This document shows, piece after piece, positions 1-9,173 of a stretch of 57,367 nucleotides of DNA. Numbering within the stretch: position 1 is the stretch's first letter; each line of letters starts with the position of its first letter. The notes under the pieces were generated by a model. That model was given only the letters and a program-made list of their open reading frames with translations. It ran no database searches and had not been told where the DNA came from. The position numbers and the translations under genes are program-made. The stretch spans positions 1 through 57,367 of the forward strand of contig CANGJU010000004.1 of NCBI GenBank assembly GCA_947453935.1. Direction: 5' to 3'. This DNA comes from Bacteroidota bacterium. Lineage in GTDB: Bacteria; Bacteroidota; Bacteroidia; AKYH767-A; OLB10.

Positions 1-42
1 ACTGTTCAAGGTCCTTATAAAAATGATGCATACCGTTATTAA
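1..42 (+). CDS. ahcY: 3' end of adenosylhomocysteinase (partial, runs off left edge)
   Basis: Frame 1 reads TVQGPYKNDAYRY-stop, matching the characteristic AhcY C-terminus (GPFKPxxYRY); a terminator hairpin follows. Only 13 codons are visible. Confidence 0.75.
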   Translation, partial: TVQGPYKNDAYRY

Positions 43-63
43 TCGATAGCGTTATATAAAACG

Positions 64-96
64 AAAGGGGATGAATTAATTTCATCCCCTTTTTTA
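64..96. terminator. Bidirectional intrinsic terminator between ahcY and the convergent lipoprotein gene
   Basis: AAAGGGGATGAA-ttaat-TTCATCCCCTTTTTT perfect stem with T-tract. Confidence 0.85.
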
Positions 97-113
97 TTCA
101 ATGTGATTGGCGT

Positions 114-536
114 TTAGTTGTAAATATGAAGCTGATTAGCCGATATATTATAAGTACATCTATATTGCTGCAAAGGTCGACTTGCAGGGCCATTAATTAT
201 TGAACCATCGAAGATGAAAAACTTACTTCCGCATATAGAATCTTTAGCATCGATTCCATTAGCTAACATATAAATTACAGCACCAGTAGTATTGGGGTCA
301 AAAGTGCAGGCTCTTTCATAAGCCACAAATTCGGTGGTTGATTTTCTGAAAATAATTAAGCCTTTGGCCCCAGCGGGATAATAGATCCAGTTGTTTACCG
401 CATTAAGGTTTGAATAAGAAGGTAAGTTAAGGTCAATGTATTCATTTACAGATACATTTGGTATTAATTCGTCGTTCTTTCGACACGCTAAAAAGGTAGA
501 TAATATGATTAGGCAAATAATTAATTTCTTTAGCAT
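114..536 (-). CDS. Lipoprotein with Rieske-ferredoxin-like fold (Bacteroidota conserved hypothetical)
   Basis: Lipoprotein signal (FLAC), FVAYERAC and CGSKF..DGSIINGPASRPLQQY motifs typical of Rieske-like domains; His ligands absent. Confidence 0.7.
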   Translation of the reverse strand: MLKKLIICLIILSTFLACRKNDELIPNVSVNEYIDLNLPSYSNLNAVNNWIYYPAGAKGLIIFRKSTTEFVAYERACTFDPNTTGAVIYMLANGIDAKDSICGSKFFIFDGSIINGPASRPLQQYRCTYNISANQLHIYN

Positions 537-540
537 GACA

Positions 541-548
541 CAAAGATA
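541..548 (-). promoter_or_regulatory. Bacteroidota -7 promoter element (TATCTTTG) for 114..536
   Basis: Matches TAnnTTTG consensus just upstream of the ATG. Confidence 0.5.
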
Positions 549-582
549 TAGTTTGGATTTGCAAATGTAGGGTTCAATGTAT

Positions 583-590
583 TATATTTG
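583..590 (+). promoter_or_regulatory. Bacteroidota -7 promoter element (TATATTTG) for 613..1014
   Basis: Matches TAnnTTTG consensus about 22 nt upstream of the ATG. Confidence 0.5.
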
Positions 591-612
591 ACTGACTAAA
601 AATAAAAAGGCA

Positions 613-1014
613 ATGAAAAAAATTATTTTATTAGCTGCAATAACATTTATGCTAGGTGGTATTGTCAATGCACAAACATCAGAAAATGTTGTAAAAGGAA
701 TGCATGGTGGAGTTGTATTTGGAAAAGAAGATTTGCAATTTGAATTTGTTGAGAAAGGAAGCGATGTTTTGGTTTATCCAATCGCTGCTGATGGAAAAAT
801 ACTAAGTGCTGTTCCTACACATGCTACAATTAACATAGTGCCTATGGCTTTGAAATTAGGCGAAGAATTTAAAAATGTTGAATTTGCAAATGGCTGCTTT
901 AAGGTTACAAGAGACAATGCTCAACTACCATTATATATTGTAGGAATTTCAACTTCATTAAATGAGAAACGTTATGATGCTAAGTATGTAATTCCTAATG
1001 TTCAGGTAAAATAA
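613..1014 (+). CDS. Hypothetical exported protein
   Basis: Sec signal peptide (MKKIILL...VNAQ), GMHGG motif, own promoter element and terminator. Confidence 0.75.
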   Translation: MKKIILLAAITFMLGGIVNAQTSENVVKGMHGGVVFGKEDLQFEFVEKGSDVLVYPIAADGKILSAVPTHATINIVPMALKLGEEFKNVEFANGCFKVTRDNAQLPLYIVGISTSLNEKRYDAKYVIPNVQVK

Positions 1015-1030
1015 TTTCATACAATAAGAG

Positions 1031-1062
1031 AAGCCCCGACATAAAATAGTCGGGGTTTTTTT
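1031..1062 (+). terminator. Intrinsic terminator
   Basis: AAGCCCCGAC-ataaaata-GTCGGGGTTTTTTT. Confidence 0.85.
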
Positions 1063-1076
1063 ATTCCAAATAATTT

Positions 1077-1394
1077 ATGCGATTCAATCAGAAAATTAAA
1101 ATAGTAGCAACAGTTGTTTTTTTATTATTCTCATCTGTATTATTTGCTCAGTCAGATAAGCAGTCTGGTGGATCAAAAAAAATACGCAAAGCAGAAAAAG
1201 TAAAAGAGGAGCAAGAAAAAAAACAAGAGAAAGCGCTTATTGAAGGAAAAAAGAAGCATCGTAAGTTGCAATCGAAGGAAGTGCGAAAAAGAATGAAAAG
1301 AAATGATAGACGTTATCATCATTCGGATGCTAATGACCATCGACCTAATTGGCTAAAGAGATTGTTCCCTAAAAAACGACCTTCGGCAAACTAA
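1077..1394 (+). CDS. Hypothetical exported Lys/Arg-rich protein
   Basis: Signal peptide ending LFAQ followed by a very basic helical region; terminator follows. Confidence 0.65.
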   Translation: MRFNQKIKIVATVVFLLFSSVLFAQSDKQSGGSKKIRKAEKVKEEQEKKQEKALIEGKKKHRKLQSKEVRKRMKRNDRRYHHSDANDHRPNWLKRLFPKKRPSAN

Positions 1395-1395
1395 C

Positions 1396-1428
1396 AAAAA
1401 AGGAGATTAAATTTTTAATCTCCTTTTT
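1396..1428. terminator. Bidirectional terminator between 1077..1394 and smc
   Basis: AAAAAAGGAGATTAAA-t-TTTTAATCTCCTTTTT inverted repeat with A/T tracts on both sides. Confidence 0.8.
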
Positions 1429-1446
1429 CCTTGTATGAATTAAATT

Positions 1447-4400
1447 TTATTCTGCAAATGTTCTCATGTCAACAGGAACAACACTCGTAACTCCAGGTTC
1501 AGCCATTGTAATACCATACATGATATCTGTTGCTGCCATTGTTTTCTTGTTGTGCGTGATAATAATAAACTGGGATTCTGCACTGAACTTCTTAATGATA
1601 TTGTTAAATTTATCAATATTATTATCATCCAAAGGAGCATCAACCTCATCAAAAATACAGAACGGAGCAGGCTTCAATAAGTAAATACTAAATAGTAAAG
1701 CCGTAGCCGTTAGTGTCTTTTCTCCTCCCGATAATTGATGAATCGACAATGGTTTTTTACCTTTCGGTTGTGCAATAATATTTATGTCTGACTCTAGCGG
1801 ATTGCTCATATCAGAAATTACTAAGTCGCAGTTGTCGTCATCAGTAAATAATGAACGGAACACACGAATGAAATTGGTTCTTACATGCGTAAATGCATCC
1901 ATGAATACGGTTTGTGCAGTTGTATCAATTTCGCTGATGGTCAACAACAATGCATCTTTTGCATTCTGTAAATCCGTTTTTTCTTTAACGATAAAGTCGT
2001 AACGCTCCTTAATTTCTTTGTATTGCTCAAGCGCCATAGGATTAATCGGACCGAATTCATTTAATCGTTTTTTCAATTGTTCTGCTTTCGGACGCATTTC
2101 AGGCTCGTTAAATTCAGGGTCTGGTTCAATGCCCGTCAAATCTTCAATTTCAATATTGAACTCTATGCTTAATCGCTCTTTAAGCGAGTTCATTTGAAGT
2201 TTGATGCCGTTCAACTCATCGTTTACTTGTTGAAGTTTAGTATCGTTCGCCTCTTTTGATTTTCTAAAGTCGCCTAAGCTCTTCTCTTCTGATTCAATTT
2301 CAATTTTAGCTGCATTGTAATTCTTTTCTGTTTCTTTAACACCTGTTTCAAGTTGATGTTTTTCATCAATTAATTTCTTTAGTTCATCACTTGTCGATGC
2401 CATGCCATTTGACAGCTGATCGATTTGGTCTTTAACGCTCGTTAATTCGTTGGCGTTAGATTCAATATTTTTCTTCAGCGTGGTGATTTGATTATTTCGA
2501 TAACCAATATCACGTAATGTATTTTGAATGCGGTTTTGCTGTTGAAGAACCTGAATATTGAAATTATTTAATTCCTGATTTTTTTCTCCTGATTCTTTTT
2601 GAAGTGAAGTAGATTGCTCTTGCTGAACATTTAATTGTTGAATTAGATGATTCAGCTTTTCTGTTAATATTTCTGGCGATAAATCAGGATTTTCTTTTTC
2701 AGCTGCAATGGTATTTTCAATAGTTGTTAATTCTTCGTTTAGCTTTGCAAAACTAATTTTTGATTGATCAATAGCACGATTAATAAAGTCGCAGTTGCTT
2801 TGAATTGAATTAACATCGCCACTCAACTTCATAAACTCATTTTCTTTGCTGGAAACAAGTTGTTGGTTTTCGGAAATTTTAATTTTAATTCCAGCGAACT
2901 GTTCTTCTGATTTTGATAGGTCCGTTTTTAAGTCTTCAATCATTTGCTCTTGCGACTTAATTTCTTCTGCTAACTTCTCAAGGTTTTTGAATTTACCAGT
3001 ACGCTTTCCGTCAAATTTTCCAATCGAACCTCCACCAACAGCATATTTCTGACGAAGGAAATTCCCACTCTTCGATAAGACTACTGCACTTTGCTGATTC
3101 GATAAATCGACATTTTCTAAAGTGCTTTGTTCATTGGAAATATAAACATGTGAAAGCAAGAAGTTAAACAAATTTGAATACTGTCCGTTGTTTTCAATGA
3201 CATCTAACGCCTTAGTACATCCGTTAATAGTGGAGGATATATTCTGGTTATAAGATTTTAATGAATCCAGAATGAAAAAGTTAGCGCGACCCTTTGAAGA
3301 ATCATTCAATAAGTTTAAGGCTGTCCAAGCCTCCGCCTGATTTTGAACCACGAAATAATTTAAATAAGGCTCTAAATAATTTTCAATTGCAATTTTATAT
3401 TCATCGTTGCAAACAATTATTTCAGATAATAGAGGAGCCTTTTTGAATTGTTCGTGATTAATTTTTAAATAACGAATAGAGTCTGGGTAACCTTCCATTT
3501 GTTCGAGAAGGTTTTTAGTCAGTTGGTACTCGTTATTTTTTGAATCCAGTTTCCTTGACTCTATCTGAATTACCTGATTGGCTTCTCTTATGCGATTGTC
3601 TGTAGATTTTAATTCTTCATCAAGCTCTAATCGAATTTGCTTTAATTTTTTCAACTCTTCATCAGCAGTTGACTTCTTTGGAAGTAAATCGGATAGTTGA
3701 TGTTCAAGTTCTTTTAAACGACCTCCATTTTCATCCTGATTAGCCTGAAGTCGTTTAATTTCATCAGATATAGATTGATGACGCGTTTGGCGAACTGCTT
3801 GTTTCGTTTCAAACTCGTTTATCATCGAGCGCTGCTGATAAATTTTCTGGTTTAATTCTTTGATAGTATTAAGTGAAGCTTCATAGGCAGCTTTACTAGA
3901 ATCGCTATTTTGTCGAAGTACGGTAACATCTTCTTCTAATTTTTTCAGATGTTCTTCTTCGCGAAGTTTTTCTTCTTGCAAAAGTAAGATAGATGACTCC
4001 GTTTCTTTCAGTGAATTTTCATCATTGAAAGTAGAAGTTTGTAGTTGCTTTTGTTTTTCGATTAAAAAATTAAACTTTTCATTTTTGTTTTTTTCTTCGT
4101 TTTCAAAACGAGTTATTTCAAGAAGCTTTTCGTTTAATAATTTCTGTGCTGTTTGTAAAGCGATTTCTTTTTCGCTCGTTTGACTTTTTATTGATGCAAG
4201 ATTCAGTTCGAATTCTTCTAACTTGATTTGCATTTCCAGTTTCGTTTCACTGAATGATTTCTCTTTACTTTGTAAATCTTCTAATGATGAACTGTTATTA
4301 CGAATAGTATAAAGCGCAAGTTGAGTGCTTAACTCCTTGTATTCTTCTTTTAAACGATAATATCGATCAGTTTTCTTAGCTTGCGTTTCAAGCTGCTTTA

Positions 4401-5004
4401 AACTTTTTTCAATTTCAAAAAGTAAATCGTTTACGCGATTTAAGTCTGCATCTGTTTCTTCTAATTTTTGAAACGTTTGCTTCTTTCTGATTTTATACTT
4501 TGAAATTCCCGCAGCTTCTTCTAGGAGTGTCTTGATAGTATTATTTCTATCCTTTATAATATCATCCACCATATTTAGTTCGATGATAGCATACGAATCA
4601 GGACCAATACCTGTGTCCATGAACAAATCATTGATATCTTTCAGACGGCATGTAACGCCATTTAATTGATACTCACTTTCACCTGTTCTGTAAAGGCGCC
4701 GAGTAATACTAACCGTTGTAAATTCAGTGGGAAGAATGCCTTTATTATTTTCAAATGATAAAGACACCTCTGCTAGGTTAGCTGCTTTTCTTGTTTTCGT
4801 TCCGTTGAAGATGATGTTCTCCATTTTTTCAGAGCGAAGCATTCTGGTTTTTTGTTCACCAAGTACCCAGCGCATAGCATCTACAACATTCGATTTACCT
4901 GATCCATTCGGGCCAACGATCGATGTAACACCTTCATCAAAGTGGATAATTACCTTATCTCCAAAACTTTTGAATCCTTTTATTTCAAGTGATTTGAGTC
5001 TCAT
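1447..5004 (-). CDS. smc: Chromosome segregation protein SMC
   Basis: GFKSF, Walker A GPNGSGKSN, coiled coils, hinge (GRANF), LSGGEK signature and DEVDAPLD Walker B/D-loop; 1185 aa. Confidence 0.97.
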   Translation of the reverse strand: MRLKSLEIKGFKSFGDKVIIHFDEGVTSIVGPNGSGKSNVVDAMRWVLGEQKTRMLRSEKMENIIFNGTKTRKAANLAEVSLSFENNKGILPTEFTTVSITRRLYRTGESEYQLNGVTCRLKDINDLFMDTGIGPDSYAIIELNMVDDIIKDRNNTIKTLLEEAAGISKYKIRKKQTFQKLEETDADLNRVNDLLFEIEKSLKQLETQAKKTDRYYRLKEEYKELSTQLALYTIRNNSSSLEDLQSKEKSFSETKLEMQIKLEEFELNLASIKSQTSEKEIALQTAQKLLNEKLLEITRFENEEKNKNEKFNFLIEKQKQLQTSTFNDENSLKETESSILLLQEEKLREEEHLKKLEEDVTVLRQNSDSSKAAYEASLNTIKELNQKIYQQRSMINEFETKQAVRQTRHQSISDEIKRLQANQDENGGRLKELEHQLSDLLPKKSTADEELKKLKQIRLELDEELKSTDNRIREANQVIQIESRKLDSKNNEYQLTKNLLEQMEGYPDSIRYLKINHEQFKKAPLLSEIIVCNDEYKIAIENYLEPYLNYFVVQNQAEAWTALNLLNDSSKGRANFFILDSLKSYNQNISSTINGCTKALDVIENNGQYSNLFNFLLSHVYISNEQSTLENVDLSNQQSAVVLSKSGNFLRQKYAVGGGSIGKFDGKRTGKFKNLEKLAEEIKSQEQMIEDLKTDLSKSEEQFAGIKIKISENQQLVSSKENEFMKLSGDVNSIQSNCDFINRAIDQSKISFAKLNEELTTIENTIAAEKENPDLSPEILTEKLNHLIQQLNVQQEQSTSLQKESGEKNQELNNFNIQVLQQQNRIQNTLRDIGYRNNQITTLKKNIESNANELTSVKDQIDQLSNGMASTSDELKKLIDEKHQLETGVKETEKNYNAAKIEIESEEKSLGDFRKSKEANDTKLQQVNDELNGIKLQMNSLKERLSIEFNIEIEDLTGIEPDPEFNEPEMRPKAEQLKKRLNEFGPINPMALEQYKEIKERYDFIVKEKTDLQNAKDALLLTISEIDTTAQTVFMDAFTHVRTNFIRVFRSLFTDDDNCDLVISDMSNPLESDINIIAQPKGKKPLSIHQLSGGEKTLTATALLFSIYLLKPAPFCIFDEVDAPLDDNNIDKFNNIIKKFSAESQFIIITHNKKTMAATDIMYGITMAEPGVTSVVPVDMRTFAE

Positions 5005-5472
5005 TACTAATTTAAAATTGAATTATTTCTCACACGAATTAATCTGCCCTTCTGCAACAGCGTAAACCAGTATTAATTACGGGAACCAACAAATTTAAAA
5101 AATGCTTTCACTCTAATGCTAATAATGAGAAATTATTCGTGAAATTATTTGTTTGGCATCCGTTGTTTGAGAAAAATCGGGTTTTATTGTGCTTCAAAAC
5201 CACTAAACTTTATTAACAAAGTGTATTTTATTGAAATTGTAAAACTGTAAATAGTCTATGTCTTACTAAATTGAAAACCAGTTTAAAGATTGATTCTTAT
5301 TGGGTAGATGGTTAGGCCATTAGAAGGTAGATTTCTGTTAAAAATCGAATTGTGAATAAAATTCAATTCTAAATTCAAAAGACTATTTGGGAATTTGAAT
5401 CTTTTATTTCTATTTTTAACCCCTTAACTGATTAACGAAACATTAACACCAAGAAGACAATAAATTAACTCT

Positions 5473-8400
5473 ATGATAAGGAAAGCTTACTTAACCCTAG
5501 TGTTTTTACTGGTTGTATGCGCCGGAGCATTTGCACAATCCGGAGCTATCAGAGGTAAAATCCTTGACAAAGCCAACAAACAACCGATTCCTTTTGCAAC
5601 TGTGATTGCAGAGATGAATGGAACTCAAGTTTCAGGCGGACAGTCAGATTTTGATGGTGAATATAATATCAAGCCGTTAGCGGCTGGTAAATACACCATC
5701 CGTTTAAAGTACACCGGTTACAAAGAATTGGTGATTAATGACGTAGTTGTGTCGATTGACAAGACTACATTCCAGGACTTAATGATTTCAGCTACTACCA
5801 TTGAATTGGGTGGTGTTGAGATTATCGAGTACAAAGCTCCATTATTCGGCAAGGATGATGTGCAGCGAGGAGCAACGTTAACGCGTGAAGATATTCAGGC
5901 TGCTCCAACTCGTGATGTTAAATCAGTAGCTGCTCAGGCAGCCAGCGTATTCCAGAAGGATGAGGGCGATGACCTTAACGTTCGTGGGTCACGTGCTGAT
6001 GCAACAGATTATTATGTGGATGGTATCCGTATTCGCGGTTCTCAGAAACTGCCTCAATCTGGTATTGAGCAGGTAACTGCAATCGTAGGTGGTACGCCAG
6101 CACAATATGGTGATGCAACTGGAGGGGTTATCTCAATTACAACAAGAGGTCCGTCAAAAGATTTCACTGGTGGTTTAGAGGTTGTTTCTTCGGAAATGTT
6201 TGACCAATATGGATACAACTTGGTTTCTGCGGATTTATCTGGTCCATTGATGAAAAAGAAATTAGAAAACGGTGGAGAAAAAGCTGTTTTAGGGTTCTTC
6301 TTATCAGGTGAATACCAATCAGAAAAAGACCCTGATCCATCAGGCATCGGAATGTATAAACTAAAAGATAATGTATATCAGGATTTAATTCAAAATCCGA
6401 TTGAGTTATATCAAACATCAGCAACCAGCTTTGGTTCTTACAATGCTGCTCAATATTACACGGCTGATGATTTTGAAAAGGTGAAAACAAAAAGCAACGT
6501 AAAGCAAACAGGGTATCGTTTCACGGCTAAGTTCGATTATCAGCCAGCTGAATTTACAACATTCACTTTGGGTGGTAGTTTTAATACGAATGATAGAAGA
6601 AGCTATGCTATCAACCGCGTAGCTTATAACTTCGAAGAGAATCCACAAATCATTGATCGTGATTACCGTGTATTCGGACGTTTAACGCAACGTTTGGCTT
6701 CAACATATAAGTCAGAAAAAGAAAATTCATCTGTATTTAAAAATGTATATTTTACAGTACAGGCTGAATATTCGAAAAACCAACAAATCAATCAAGATCC
6801 TGTTCATAAAGATAATTTATGGGATTATGGATATATTGGTAAGTTCTCAAGATCAAATAGTCCACTTTATGTTGCTACGGATGATACAACTCGTGAGCAA
6901 ATTGGTTACTCTAATACGTTTGACTTCCAGGCTGGTGGTATGAACTCTATTGCTGAAGCATATACAAATGCTGCTTACGGAGCATTCAACGCTGCTGGTG
7001 TTAACGTTAGTTCATTAGACCAGATTAGAAGTGCTGGTGGTGTTAGAAATGGTGACGGGACGAATAGTGTTATGGCTATCTGGGAAGGAGTAGGTAACCT
7101 AAGAAATACATATCAGAACTTTGATAATGATCAATATCGTGTTACATTAAGTGGTAATGCCGATATTAAGAAGCATTCAATTTTAGTAGGTTTCGAATTC
7201 GAACAACGTGTTGACCGTGGATATAGTGTTGCTCCAAGAAGTTTGTGGGGGTTAGGTCGTCAGTATGCTAATTTCAACTTGACTGAAACAGACTTCAGTG
7301 TTGGTGATACAGTATACGGAATGAATGTGACTGCTGGTGATACAACTTATTATACAATTAATCACCCGTCAACATACGCTCCAACGTTAGATGAGAACGG
7401 CCAAATAATTAATGGTTTCTACGAAAACTTACGTAACGAACTAGGAATAGCTAATAATGCATATGTTGATTTTGATGCTTTATCTCCGGATCAATTAAAC
7501 ATTGGAATGTTTAACGCAGACCAATTAGTAGCTAACGGTTTGGTTAGTTATTATGGTTTTGATTATTCAGGAAATAAGATCAATACAAATCCAACTTTTA
7601 AGGATTATTTCACGCAAAAAGATGGTGCTAACTATACTCGTGCGATCGGTGCTTTCCGTCCTACTTACATGGCTGGATATATTCAAGATCGTTTCACAAT
7701 TGATAATTTAAGTTTCAACATTGGTTTACGTGTTGACCGTTTTGATGCAAATCAAAAAGCATTAAAAGATAAGTTCTTATTATTAGATGCTTACACTGTA
7801 GAAGATTTTCCTCAGGCTATTGAAGGAAAACCAGATAATATTGAAGGTTCTTTCGTTCCTTACTTAGCTAACGCTGGTGACTTAGGTTCAATCATTGGCT
7901 ACCGTGATGGAAATGTGTGGTATGACAAGTATGGTCAAATTGTTAGCGATCCAGATATCATCGCATCTCAATCATCAACAGGAACAATTGTACCTGCTGT
8001 AAAACCTGATGCTGGTAAATTAGCTACTGAAACTTGGAATATTGATGGAGTATTTGAAGACTACAAACCTCAAATTTCAATCATGCCACGTATCGCGTTC
8101 GCGTTTAACATTACAGATGAAGCACAATTCTTTGCTCACTATGATGTATTGACGCAACGTCCTTCATCTGCTTTAAGAAATGACCCTTCTGAATATCTTT
8201 CATTAAAAACAAATCCTGATGGTTCATTAAACAACGCAGGATTAAAGCCTGAAAGAACAACTGACTATGAAGTTGGTTTCAAACAAAAAATAAGTAAGTC
8301 ATCTGCATTAACAATTTCTGCTTTCTATCGTGAATTGAAAAACATGATTCAGATTACGAAAGTAAACTTTGCTTATCCTAATACCTATACTACATACGAC

Positions 8401-9138
8401 AATATCGACTTTGGTACAGTTAAAGGTATTTCAATGAGCTACGATTTACGTCGTACAGGTAACGTACGTATGTTAGCAAGCTATACTTTACAGTTTGCTG
8501 ATGGTACAGGGTCTAGTGCAAGTTCAAACACTGAATTAACGAACACAGATCAACCAAACTTACGTTTCATTATTCCTTTAGATTACGATACTCGTCATCA
8601 GTTGACAGCTTCATTTGATTACCACTATAAGTCAGGTGAAGATTATGATGGTCCGATTGTATTTGGCAAGCCAATTTTTGCAAATGCAGGAGCAAACTTC
8701 GTTTTCCGTGCAAATTCTGGAACTCCTTATACTCGTCAATCGCGTCCAACTCGTGAAGCTGCTGCAATCGGCTGGCAGTCTAACGGACAACGTGCTGTAG
8801 AAGGTTTAGTAAACGGTGCTCGTACACCTTGGCAGTTCAGAGTTGACTTACGTTTAGATAAGGATATTGAAGTGAAATTCTCTGAGAAGAAATCAGGTAC
8901 TTTCAACGTGTATTTACAGATTCAAAACCTATTGGATACTCGTAACGTGGTTGGTGTGTATCGTGCTACTGGTAATGCAACAGATGATGGATTCCTTCAG
9001 TCAGCTGACGGTTTACAATTATCATCTGCTCAGTTATCACAACAAGCATTCATCGATCAATACAATATTCGCTTATTGAACCCAGATAATTATAGCTTAC
9101 CAAGAAGAGCTAGATTAGGTGTGAGATTCGATTTTTAA
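5473..9138 (+). CDS. TonB-dependent outer-membrane receptor with N-terminal carboxypeptidase-regulatory-like domain
   Basis: Signal peptide, GAIRGKILD..PIPFATV domain, plug motifs (NVRGSR, YYVDGI, AQYGDATGGVISITTR), LKPERT..YEVG, C-terminal PRRARLGVRFDF ending in Phe. Confidence 0.92.
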   Translation: MIRKAYLTLVFLLVVCAGAFAQSGAIRGKILDKANKQPIPFATVIAEMNGTQVSGGQSDFDGEYNIKPLAAGKYTIRLKYTGYKELVINDVVVSIDKTTFQDLMISATTIELGGVEIIEYKAPLFGKDDVQRGATLTREDIQAAPTRDVKSVAAQAASVFQKDEGDDLNVRGSRADATDYYVDGIRIRGSQKLPQSGIEQVTAIVGGTPAQYGDATGGVISITTRGPSKDFTGGLEVVSSEMFDQYGYNLVSADLSGPLMKKKLENGGEKAVLGFFLSGEYQSEKDPDPSGIGMYKLKDNVYQDLIQNPIELYQTSATSFGSYNAAQYYTADDFEKVKTKSNVKQTGYRFTAKFDYQPAEFTTFTLGGSFNTNDRRSYAINRVAYNFEENPQIIDRDYRVFGRLTQRLASTYKSEKENSSVFKNVYFTVQAEYSKNQQINQDPVHKDNLWDYGYIGKFSRSNSPLYVATDDTTREQIGYSNTFDFQAGGMNSIAEAYTNAAYGAFNAAGVNVSSLDQIRSAGGVRNGDGTNSVMAIWEGVGNLRNTYQNFDNDQYRVTLSGNADIKKHSILVGFEFEQRVDRGYSVAPRSLWGLGRQYANFNLTETDFSVGDTVYGMNVTAGDTTYYTINHPSTYAPTLDENGQIINGFYENLRNELGIANNAYVDFDALSPDQLNIGMFNADQLVANGLVSYYGFDYSGNKINTNPTFKDYFTQKDGANYTRAIGAFRPTYMAGYIQDRFTIDNLSFNIGLRVDRFDANQKALKDKFLLLDAYTVEDFPQAIEGKPDNIEGSFVPYLANAGDLGSIIGYRDGNVWYDKYGQIVSDPDIIASQSSTGTIVPAVKPDAGKLATETWNIDGVFEDYKPQISIMPRIAFAFNITDEAQFFAHYDVLTQRPSSALRNDPSEYLSLKTNPDGSLNNAGLKPERTTDYEVGFKQKISKSSALTISAFYRELKNMIQITKVNFAYPNTYTTYDNIDFGTVKGISMSYDLRRTGNVRMLASYTLQFADGTGSSASSNTELTNTDQPNLRFIIPLDYDTRHQLTASFDYHYKSGEDYDGPIVFGKPIFANAGANFVFRANSGTPYTRQSRPTREAAAIGWQSNGQRAVEGLVNGARTPWQFRVDLRLDKDIEVKFSEKKSGTFNVYLQIQNLLDTRNVVGVYRATGNATDDGFLQSADGLQLSSAQLSQQAFIDQYNIRLLNPDNYSLPRRARLGVRFDF

Positions 9139-9173
9139 CCTTTACTAAAAAAAACAAACAGAAAATTAACGCT

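Noticed and set aside
5005-5472. Riboswitch (e.g. cobalamin or TPP) upstream of the TonB receptor
   Set aside because: The region is AT-rich with no recognisable aptamer motifs; an Rfam scan would be decisive
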